From Pseudomonadota bacterium (GTDB lineage Bacteria > UBA10199 > 2-02-FULL-44-16 > JAAZCA01): a stretch of 54,193 nt of DNA. Where the stretch lies: positions 1-54,193 of the forward strand of contig JAZDOG010000055.1 in the NCBI GenBank assembly GCA_043798915.1, given 5' to 3'. The notes under the pieces are model-generated. The model ran no database searches and was not told the DNA's origin. It worked only from the letters and a program-made list of their open reading frames with translations. Positions 11,273-18,848 of this stretch are shown here, piece by piece (positions within the stretch are counted from its first letter, which is position 1; every line of letters begins with the position of its first letter). The position numbers and the translations under genes were made by a program.

Positions 11273-12205
11273 ATGATCAAAGTCAATCTCAAGAAGCTCA
11301 AGGCATACGGCGACAGGCTCGATGACGGCATCATCCAGATGTCGTTCACGCTGCCCGTCCCCGCCTCCCCGGAAGCGAAGGAGGCCGCGCGCATCTATGC
11401 CGGGAGGATGGGGCTCGAGAATATCCATGTAGCGGCGATGGAGGCGATGGGTAAGGCTTTTTCATATTTCGTGGTATACGGCAATGCGCAGCACACGATA
11501 GATTTCACGAAGATCCGCGTGCCTAAGATCGAGATGTCCGAGATGGGCTTCGACGAGCTCAAGGAATACATGTCGGGCCACCTGGAAAAGCCGATAGTCG
11601 TAATCGGAGCTGCAACCGGTTCGGACGCGCACACGGTCGGCATCGATGCAATCATGAACATGAAGGGGTATGCCGGCGACTGGGGCCTCGAGCGCTATCC
11701 GCTTTTCAAGGCGGTGAATCTTCGGAGCCAGCTCACCAACCAGCAGCTGATAGACAAGGCCATCGAGCTCAAGGCGGACGCGATACTCGTCTCGCAGGTG
11801 GTCACGCAGCGGGACAGCCACCTCAAGAACCTGAAGGAGCTCCGCGAGATTTACCGGAAGGACACCCGCCTGCCGCGCGAGACGATCATCATAATCGGCG
11901 GGCCGCGCCTTGATCACGCGGTGGCGATCAAACTCGGATTTGATGCCGGATTTGGAGTTGGGACGAAACCTTCGCAGGTGGCCAACTTCATCGTGCACGA
12001 GCATGTCAAGAGACACGGCCTCGCTGTTCCGGCTCCGGTTCAAGCTCCGGCGGCAGACGTGCCTGTGTCGGCAGCGGAGGTTGCTGTGCAGACCACAGGC
12101 AGCGCCGGGACGACTCCTGCTCCGAAGAAGCGCCGCCGCAGGGGCAGGCGCGGCGGGAGAAGGCATCGCAAGCATCCTGCGCCGGGTGCGAAGGAAGGCA
12201 CGTAG
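11273..12205 (+). CDS. kamE: Lysine 5,6-aminomutase beta subunit (cobalamin-binding) with C-terminal extension
   Basis: YGDRLDDGIIQMSFTLP dimerisation region; DAHTVG (DxHxxG); MKGY PLP lysine. Confidence 0.92.
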   Translation: MIKVNLKKLKAYGDRLDDGIIQMSFTLPVPASPEAKEAARIYAGRMGLENIHVAAMEAMGKAFSYFVVYGNAQHTIDFTKIRVPKIEMSEMGFDELKEYMSGHLEKPIVVIGAATGSDAHTVGIDAIMNMKGYAGDWGLERYPLFKAVNLRSQLTNQQLIDKAIELKADAILVSQVVTQRDSHLKNLKELREIYRKDTRLPRETIIIIGGPRLDHAVAIKLGFDAGFGVGTKPSQVANFIVHEHVKRHGLAVPAPVQAPAADVPVSAAEVAVQTTGSAGTTPAPKKRRRRGRRGGRRHRKHPAPGAKEGT

Positions 12206-12216
12206 TTATTTTGATT

Positions 12217-12289
12217 CCCTCCCCTTTGTAAGGGGAGGGTCAGGGTGGGGTAGATCTACCTCCCCCAGCCCCTCCTTACAAAGGAGGGG
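12217..12289 (+). repeat. REP/BIME-like element, family A, copy 3
   Basis: Same two arms as copy 1, joined directly at GGTAGATCTACC. Confidence 0.9.
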
Positions 12290-12298
12290 GGAGATTAT

Positions 12299-13234
12299 AT
12301 GCCGGGCATCGGAATAATAATAAATCCATATTCACGCTCCAATCGCAAAAACCCGGAGCGGGTGAAGAGGATGGGCTTCATCGTGGGCGATCGGGGTTCA
12401 TGCCACGCCACAGACACGATCGACCACGTGCGCGAGTTGGCCCTCGAATTCAAGGAGCGGGAGATCGACATCCTGGGGATCTCCGGAGGCGACGGCACCA
12501 ACCACCAGACGCTCACCGTATTTCTCGACGTCTACGGCGACACGCCGCTCCCGCGCATAGCATTGCTGCGCGGCGGCACGATGAATAACCTGGCGGGACA
12601 GCTTGGAGTTCGCGGGGCATCAGAGAGGATACTCTCGAACCTGATCATCAAATATCACGAGGGGGAGGCCTTTTCCGAGACGCGGATCAACATGATCATG
12701 GTCAACGGATGGTACGGCTTCCTCTTCGGCATGGGATGCATCAATCGTTTCATAGACGTCTACCAGAATGTGGAGGGGGGGCCGACGCCTGCGCGCGCCG
12801 CATGGCTTCTCTCCCGCGCGGTTCTTTCGTCGATAGGGAACGGCCGGTTCGCGCAGCACCTCTGCGAGCGGTTCGACGGAAAACTCACCGTCGACGGCAG
12901 GGAGATGCCGTTCAAGAACTACATGATGATCTTTTCCGGGACGATGCGGACGATGGGCCTCGGGTTCAAGCCGCTCTATCGCGCGACCTCTGCGGAGGGG
13001 CAGTTTCAGACGGTGGCGATCTCCGCCACCGGCAGGCAGCTTTTGATGACGTTCCCCAGCGCGCTGCTGGCCCGCCCCTCGAAATCGGAGCACTACGTCG
13101 ACGAGATGGGCAGCAAGATGGTCCTTGAGTTGGACAAGCCCATGCAATACACGATCGATGGCGATTTGGCGGAGAAGCCCGCCGACAGGATCGAAGTCAG
13201 CACCGGCCCGCTCCTCACCTGCATAGTGAACTGA
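12299..13234 (+). CDS. Diacylglycerol/lipid kinase family protein
   Basis: IINPYS, GGDGT, GGTMN and IDGD motifs. Confidence 0.85.
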   Translation: MPGIGIIINPYSRSNRKNPERVKRMGFIVGDRGSCHATDTIDHVRELALEFKEREIDILGISGGDGTNHQTLTVFLDVYGDTPLPRIALLRGGTMNNLAGQLGVRGASERILSNLIIKYHEGEAFSETRINMIMVNGWYGFLFGMGCINRFIDVYQNVEGGPTPARAAWLLSRAVLSSIGNGRFAQHLCERFDGKLTVDGREMPFKNYMMIFSGTMRTMGLGFKPLYRATSAEGQFQTVAISATGRQLLMTFPSALLARPSKSEHYVDEMGSKMVLELDKPMQYTIDGDLAEKPADRIEVSTGPLLTCIVN

Positions 13235-13262
13235 ACCGTTTCTTCCATCGTTTTTCAGAGGT

Positions 13263-13985
13263 TCAGATCAGAACTCGAAAAGTGCCTGAAGCGGCATCCC
13301 TCTTTGCCTGTTCGTAGCGCTCCGGAGTTCCAAGGTCGTTGAAATAGCCGCGGTAGACAAACGCCGCGATGCGCTGCCCATCCTTCATGAGTTTTTTATA
13401 TCCATCGTTTACGAGGCAGGCCTCTTCCCCGGCAGGCGGGAGCGCCGCGAGCATCTCGGGCCCTAATATCTGGAGGCCAGTGTAGAAATGCCGGCCTTTG
13501 CCAAATCCATCGATCATCCCGCCCTGGTCGACCGACACCGGGTTGTATGAGTCAGTTCCGGAGAGTTCCTTCACCACCATCGTTGCAGCCGCCTTCGCAT
13601 CGAAATGCCTTTTTGCGACCTGCCGGATATCCGCGTCCATGAGCGCATCGGCATTGAGCACCACAAAATGATCGCTTCCGAAAGATGCGGCGGCCTTCTT
13701 TATTCCGCCTCCGGTCCCGAGTATCTCCGGTTCCTCTGAGTAGCGAACCTTGACTCCAAAGCGTGCGCCATCTTCCACGTGCTCCCGTATTTTCTCGCCC
13801 AGATGGTGGAGGTTGATCGCGACCTCACAGAACCCGGCCTTTGCAAGATATCTCAGTTGGTGGTCGATAAGGAGCGCGCCATCCAGCGGGAGGAGCGGCT
13901 TGGGTGTCGTGAGGGTCAAGGGGCGAAGCCGGGTGCCGAGGCCCGCCGAAAGGAGAATCGCCCTGGTTATGTCGCCTTGTTTCAT
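13263..13985 (-). CDS. murU: Nucleotidyltransferase, MurU-like (MurNAc-1-phosphate uridylyltransferase)
   Basis: LSAGLGTRLRPLT..PKPL, LGTGGG and DLGTPE motifs; coupled to the amgK-like gene by an ATGA overlap. Confidence 0.75.
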   Translation of the reverse strand: MKQGDITRAILLSAGLGTRLRPLTLTTPKPLLPLDGALLIDHQLRYLAKAGFCEVAINLHHLGEKIREHVEDGARFGVKVRYSEEPEILGTGGGIKKAAASFGSDHFVVLNADALMDADIRQVAKRHFDAKAAATMVVKELSGTDSYNPVSVDQGGMIDGFGKGRHFYTGLQILGPEMLAALPPAGEEACLVNDGYKKLMKDGQRIAAFVYRGYFNDLGTPERYEQAKRDAASGTFRVLI

Positions 13986-15010
13986 GCCCACTCCGGCACG
14001 TATTTTTTCAGCGCGTCGTAGAGGCGCCGATGTTCGGGCAGGCGCTCAAGGGCGTTTTTGACGTAGCCGAGCGATGCGGGGATGTATTTGAGAAAACCCG
14101 GGTTCCCCTTCACGCAGTCGATATAGACGAAGCGGCCGGCGTCCTTGAGCTTTCGCTGCACCGTGATGAGGTCGAATTCATGTCGGAGTTCGGCGTGTTT
14201 TCTATTCACAAGGCCGGCATAGTATTTGGTCAACTCATTCAGAATGTCGTCGGAGAGCCTGACGTACGAGTCCCTGAGGAGCGCCACGAGGTCGTAGGCC
14301 GCCGGGCCCAGGAGAGCGTCCTGGAAGTCGATGAGGCAGAGTTCGTCATTTCGCACGATCAGGTTGCGGCTCTGGAAGTCGCGATGGGTGAGCCCGCGGG
14401 GCAAGGCGGTGATCTCCCTGCTCATTGCCCGCGTCTCCTCCTTGAAAACCGCGACGTCCTGCTCATCCATCGCCTTGCCGAGCCTTGCCGCCACTCCATA
14501 CTCGATGAAGTGGTCGAACTCCCAGTTGAGGAGGAACTCGTCGAATGAGCGCTGGAGAGCGACGCACTCGCTTCCGGTGCTCCCCGCGGTATTTTTCTGC
14601 AGCAGACAGAGCAGATCGATCGCCTTTTTGTACCAGACAAGCCTCTGAAGGTCGCTGGCATCCTCCACCCTGCGCGCCATGATGTCGTCGCCCAGGTCCT
14701 CGAGGATCATGATGTGGTCGGGTTCGCTGTAAGAGAGGACCTTGGGCACCGGGAGGCCGCGCGCCTTCAGATATCGCGCCACGTTTATGAACGGGAGCTC
14801 CTTGTGCGTGCCGTTGAAATTCGTGATTTCTTCGGAGGCGGAGGCGCGGCCCTCGGGCATCTTCATGACGATGAAGGATGAGCCATCCTCAAGGCATGCA
14901 CGGTAATAGGTGCGGTAGGAGGCATCCCCATGGAGCTTGTCGATTTGGGCGATCTCCGATGCGGCGCCCACTTTTTCTTTCAAAATTTTGCCGACGAGAT
15001 CTTTCATCAT
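13982..15010 (-). CDS. amgK: AmgK-like anomeric sugar kinase (aminoglycoside phosphotransferase family)
   Basis: GDASYRTYYR, LEDLGD, HRDFQSRNL, IDFQDA and YDLVALLRD motifs. Confidence 0.8.
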   Translation of the reverse strand: MMKDLVGKILKEKVGAASEIAQIDKLHGDASYRTYYRACLEDGSSFIVMKMPEGRASASEEITNFNGTHKELPFINVARYLKARGLPVPKVLSYSEPDHIMILEDLGDDIMARRVEDASDLQRLVWYKKAIDLLCLLQKNTAGSTGSECVALQRSFDEFLLNWEFDHFIEYGVAARLGKAMDEQDVAVFKEETRAMSREITALPRGLTHRDFQSRNLIVRNDELCLIDFQDALLGPAAYDLVALLRDSYVRLSDDILNELTKYYAGLVNRKHAELRHEFDLITVQRKLKDAGRFVYIDCVKGNPGFLKYIPASLGYVKNALERLPEHRRLYDALKKYVPEWA

Positions 15011-15393
15011 TGCACCGTGAAGGTTATGTCTGCGTTGCTCACCTCATCGTGCACCATGACCGCTATCGAGTCCGCACCCACATTTGCGTCGGCTGGGATG
15101 GTCGCGGTGATGGATTCTACCTCATTTGCGGTCGGCGGATCGACGAGACTGTAGCTGGTCGCTGCCACGGCAGCGCCGCCTACGATCACGATATTGAACG
15201 TGGGTGTGCTGGAGAATCCGAGGCCGTAAATGGTTATCGCATCGTCAGGCGCGCCCGTCGCCGGAGCGACGCGCGAGACCACGGGCGGGGACTTGGTGGG
15301 CACGTCTGCCGGAAAACTGCTCCCGGAGCTGCCGCCGCAGGCAGCGAGGAGGACGAGGTATGCGATTATGGCCGTCTTCTTAAGCTTGTTCAT
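15007..15393 (-). CDS. Lipoprotein with IPT/TIG-like domain
   Basis: Lipobox LAAC; P.V..V.P..G....ITI.G.GF pattern. Confidence 0.75.
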   Translation of the reverse strand: MNKLKKTAIIAYLVLLAACGGSSGSSFPADVPTKSPPVVSRVAPATGAPDDAITIYGLGFSSTPTFNIVIVGGAAVAATSYSLVDPPTANEVESITATIPADANVGADSIAVMVHDEVSNADITFTVQ

Positions 15394-15428
15394 GCGTCCG
15401 CTGTATATAGATTAGTGACGCGGGGGAA

Positions 15429-16058
15429 TCAAGGAATCAGTCGCTTGAGCTTGGCGGCGAGGTCGCGGTCGAAGAAATCTCGCGCGCTCTTCGTGAGCCC
15501 CTTGAGCCTCAAGGGGTTGAAGTACCTCTTTCGGAGATTCTCGCAGTATTTGGCCGCAAAATGGCTAGCCGTCTCGTAGCGCTCGAGATCGCATGGCTTT
15601 AACGAGGGGTCGAAGCTGTGGCGTTCGAACTGTTTGAGGAAGAGCTCTGGCGCGATGTCGCGCTCTCGCGAGCTGGCTATGAGATGGATGAGGAGAAACT
15701 TGTCCACTTCGCCCTGCAATTCGATTTCGAGCATCGAGGCCTGCCTTCCCCGGCGGGCCCTGTCGGATACATAGAGAAAATGGCTTGCCCCCTCGATCGC
15801 GCAGGAGAGCTCGTCGATATGGTCCAGGACATCGCCTGCCGCGAGCGCGGCGACGATCGATGGGTCTATGAAGAGCCCCATCTCCAGGTCATCGCCCGAT
15901 TGGCGGATGAGGAGCGCCTCGCGTCCGATGGCCCCGTTTCCAATCGAGGTGTATTCACCAGCATCCCTGGCCATGAGGAGATAGTGCTCGATGTCGATGG
16001 GGTGGTCCCGCCCATATAAGCTGCAGAGCATCCGGTAGAGTTCCGCGATGTTCATCAT
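15429..16058 (-). CDS. Hypothetical protein
   Basis: IEGASHFLY and ELQGEVDKF motifs; overlaps the upstream gene by 4 bp. Confidence 0.7.
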   Translation of the reverse strand: MMNIAELYRMLCSLYGRDHPIDIEHYLLMARDAGEYTSIGNGAIGREALLIRQSGDDLEMGLFIDPSIVAALAAGDVLDHIDELSCAIEGASHFLYVSDRARRGRQASMLEIELQGEVDKFLLIHLIASSRERDIAPELFLKQFERHSFDPSLKPCDLERYETASHFAAKYCENLRKRYFNPLRLKGLTKSARDFFDRDLAAKLKRLIP

Positions 16059-16663
16059 TGCACCTTGACGATCGTCCCCTCGCCGCCCGTGGCGATGCCC
16101 TGCTCCTCCAGGAAATTCTGGAGCTTCTGGTCGCCGGTGGAGAGCCATCTTTCGTATATGCGCAGCAGGTCCGTGTTGGAGACCGCCCTGTTCCACGGGG
16201 CTACGATCGAGAGCACCTCTGCAAACTCGGCGAATTTTCCCGAGAGTTCGGAGTATATGTCGGCGAAGGTCTTCTGGTCGTCCAGGATGTCCGCGAGGTT
16301 GCCGTATGCGGCCCCGCCCATGGAGATGAAGTACGGCAGGTCGACGAGCATCTTGCGGATGCGGTCGGCGAAGAAGCCGGTGATGACGAGCGCGCTGTCG
16401 CCGATGCGCTTCAAGCTCCTGATCCGGGTCGGCAGATCGCCGTTTGCCGCCTCCATGAAAAGGATGGCCAGCGGTTTGTCGAGGAAGTCTCCGCAGTTTA
16501 GTTCGATCATCCGCTCTGCGCTGTGGAAGTCGTCCAGGAGATTTACGAGATAGAACTCGGCCATCTCGGTCGTCTCCACGTCCTGCTTGAGGAGCGCCTC
16601 CTGCACCTGTTCGCGGAGCACCTCTTTAAGACCCACACCCTCAATGATTTTCGCTGTCTTCAT
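16055..16663 (-). CDS. Hypothetical protein
   Basis: 202-aa helical protein (FYLVNLL, KRIGDSAL..TGFF, YFISMG..AY); first gene of the minus-strand operon. Confidence 0.75.
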   Translation of the reverse strand: MKTAKIIEGVGLKEVLREQVQEALLKQDVETTEMAEFYLVNLLDDFHSAERMIELNCGDFLDKPLAILFMEAANGDLPTRIRSLKRIGDSALVITGFFADRIRKMLVDLPYFISMGGAAYGNLADILDDQKTFADIYSELSGKFAEFAEVLSIVAPWNRAVSNTDLLRIYERWLSTGDQKLQNFLEEQGIATGGEGTIVKVQ

Positions 16664-16677
16664 ACCATATAGATATG

Positions 16678-16694
16678 AGCAATATTCATGCCAA
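16678..16694 (-). promoter_or_regulatory. Sigma-54 (-24/-12) promoter
   Basis: Minus strand reads TTGGCATGAATATTGCT (GG-N10-GC). Confidence 0.7.
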
Positions 16695-16828
16695 AATGAG
16701 CATGTGAGGCGCAGTTGGATAATATTTTATAAAACGGGGCGTTACAGCGAGGACAAAAAAACGTTCTACGTCCGATGCGAACTGAAGTGGGTTGGAGTGT
16801 ACCCAGGGATGGGGTGTTTTTGACGGCG

Positions 16829-17860
16829 TTAGAGATTGCCGAGGACGTGCGGTGCTTGGCTCTCAGCCACCTCTTCCGGGACCTCCGGGGTGGGTTTGAA
16901 GAGGTCCTTCGAGACGAGCTTCAAGCATATAAGGCCGGTCAGGGCCTTCATCGCATAGTTGGTGAACATCCATACCAGGCTGAAGGAGAAGATGAGGTCG
17001 CCGGCGCTTATTGCGCCGCTCGCTATGGCAGGCGATGTCACGAAGGGTTCGAAGAGTGCCACGAGCGCGGCGTTGGATGTCCCGAGCCCTCCCGGCGTGA
17101 TTGGCAGCGCCCCTATGAAGTAGGCGAGTGGAATATTGGCGAGCACCTTGAGGAACGGGACCCTTGCGTTGAAGGTGAATAGCGCTGCGTACATGCCCAC
17201 CATTATGAACACGTGGATGGGGAGCCTTGCGAGCCCGACTGCAAGATAATCCGAGAGGCGAGCGGTGGTGATGAGAATAAAGAATTTGTTCTGGCGAAAC
17301 CTGCCCAGCCACCCGATGCGCGCCTGCCAGCGCTTGAGCACAAGGAAGAGCGCAAATGCGGCGTATGCGGCGGCTGCGAAGATGCGCACGAAGTTGGCGA
17401 TGTTCATTCCGCCGACCTCGAACGGCCACGTCGTGAAGAACGACGTGACGAAGGCGAGCGTCACCAGCATGTAGAGATCGGCGATGACGATGATGCCGAA
17501 GATCCCGAGCATCTTGGATATCGGCAGGCCATGCCTCCTGTACTGGTAGAATGCGAAGGCCGCCTGTGCGGCAGCGTAGTTCACGACCATGAGCAGATAG
17601 GTGACTCCCCTTGCGGGCAGCATCTCGCGCATCGTCTCCCTGTGTCCGAAGAGCCTGAGTATCCTCGCAATAGAGTATGTGTCGAGCAGGAACATGAGGA
17701 TGAAATAGAGGATCGCCAGCGAGAAGAAGAAAGGCACGTTCATCGTGGCGGCGGAATTGATTATCTCGTGAAGCGGATGTTTGTGAAAGAGATAGACGAA
17801 GATCAGGACAGCCACGGCCCAAGGCGCTAACTTCTTGATACAGGAGGTTATTTTTTTCAT
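16829..17860 (-). CDS. Lysylphosphatidylglycerol synthase TM (flippase-like) family membrane protein
   Basis: Multiple transmembrane segments; LPITPGGLG motif. Confidence 0.8.
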   Translation of the reverse strand: MKKITSCIKKLAPWAVAVLIFVYLFHKHPLHEIINSAATMNVPFFFSLAILYFILMFLLDTYSIARILRLFGHRETMREMLPARGVTYLLMVVNYAAAQAAFAFYQYRRHGLPISKMLGIFGIIVIADLYMLVTLAFVTSFFTTWPFEVGGMNIANFVRIFAAAAYAAFALFLVLKRWQARIGWLGRFRQNKFFILITTARLSDYLAVGLARLPIHVFIMVGMYAALFTFNARVPFLKVLANIPLAYFIGALPITPGGLGTSNAALVALFEPFVTSPAIASGAISAGDLIFSFSLVWMFTNYAMKALTGLICLKLVSKDLFKPTPEVPEEVAESQAPHVLGNL

Positions 17861-17868
17861 AAAAAAAC

Positions 17869-17897
17869 ACGCAACTTTTTTGTCGGTGCGCCGATAA
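17869..17897 (+). promoter_or_regulatory. Sigma-28-like promoter motif, copy 2
   Basis: ACGCAACTTTTTTGTCGGTGCGCCGATAA; GCAA-N15-GCCGATAA. Confidence 0.6.
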
Positions 17898-17902
17898 GAA
17901 GA

Positions 17903-18050
17903 ATGACAATAGAGAAGCGACCCTGCTCTGTCAATGAAGCGTTTAAAGGTTTGACGGAGGCAGGGGGAAGGAGAAAGCCTCCGTCACCCCAATCCCCCAT
18001 CTCCTTTCCCCGATAAAAGCCCGTGGAGCCGAAAGGCCCCGCGGGTTTTT
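17903..18050 (+). ncRNA. Candidate structured small RNA (alternatively a 37-aa leaderless ORF, 17903-18016)
   Basis: Lies between a promoter motif and a terminator; 10-bp hairpin whose loop is complementary to a downstream pyrimidine tract. Confidence 0.35.
18015..18050. terminator. Bidirectional Rho-independent terminator
   Basis: AAAAGCCCGTGGAGCC-GAAA-GGCCCCGCGGGTTTTT; abuts the rlmE stop. Confidence 0.75.
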
Positions 18051-18639
18051 ATTTATATCCTTTTGCCACGATGTACCGCTCTGAGGAAGTCTTGCGGGTT
18101 GCTTCGGGAGTGACTGTTGAAACTTTGGTGAAGCTCGCCCTGAGTGTCTCGATGTAGCCGGGGAATTCATCCCCGGGAAATATTTTTACGACGAAGCTGC
18201 CGCCAGATTTCAGGAGATTTTTGCAGACGTCGAGTGCGAGCATCGCGAGCTCATATGAGCGATACGTGTCGGCGAAGGCGATGCCCGAGAGATTCGGCGA
18301 CATGTCTGAGAGCACGGCGTCGACCCTGCCGCCCGCGAGCTCCGCTATTTTTTTCTGTGATGATTCGTCGGCGAGATCGCGCTGGACGAATCCGGCATTG
18401 CGGGGGACGTGGATCTTGAGCGGCAGGAGGTCGATGCCTATTGCCTTTCCTGCCGGGCCTACGAGCGCCGCGAGCTCCTCGAGCCATCCGCCCGGTGCAC
18501 ATCCGAGATCCAGGATGCGGTCGCCTTTCCTGACGAGCTTGAACCTCTTCTGCAACTCGGCAAACTTGTAGACCGCGCGCGAGGCTTTTCCCTCCCGCTT
18601 GGCCTTCCTGTAATAGTGGTCCTTCCTTTCGAATGCCAT
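18049..18639 (-). CDS. rlmE: 23S rRNA Um2552 2'-O-methyltransferase
   Basis: DHYYRKAK..G..SRAVYK, LDLGCAPGGW, VLSDMSP, FVVKIF and SSERY motifs. Confidence 0.93.
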   Translation of the reverse strand: MAFERKDHYYRKAKREGKASRAVYKFAELQKRFKLVRKGDRILDLGCAPGGWLEELAALVGPAGKAIGIDLLPLKIHVPRNAGFVQRDLADESSQKKIAELAGGRVDAVLSDMSPNLSGIAFADTYRSYELAMLALDVCKNLLKSGGSFVVKIFPGDEFPGYIETLRASFTKVSTVTPEATRKTSSERYIVAKGYK

Positions 18640-18807
18640 TGCGGCAACCATAGTCTGCTTTTTCGCCCCGTGCAATTTGAAGTGTTATGCCGTTTTGCGG
18701 GATCGACACTCCCGAAGATGGGGCCTTCTGTCACCGATACGGTGTGAGTGATTCGAGTCAGGTTCCAACAAAACTTTATCATACAGCTAGTTAGCTCTGA
18801 GCTGACT

Positions 18808-18824
18808 TTGGCATCATTTTTGTA
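18808..18824 (+). promoter_or_regulatory. Possible sigma-54 promoter (GG-N10-GT variant)
   Basis: TTGGCATCATTTTTGTA upstream of the large lipoprotein gene; the -12 C is replaced by T. Confidence 0.4.
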
Positions 18825-18848
18825 TGTAAGTAGGCTGGGAGTTCTTCA

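Noticed and set aside
9539..12289. Repeat family A as a CRISPR array
   Set aside because: Copies are separated by whole genes, one is inverted, and there are no spacers or cas genes.
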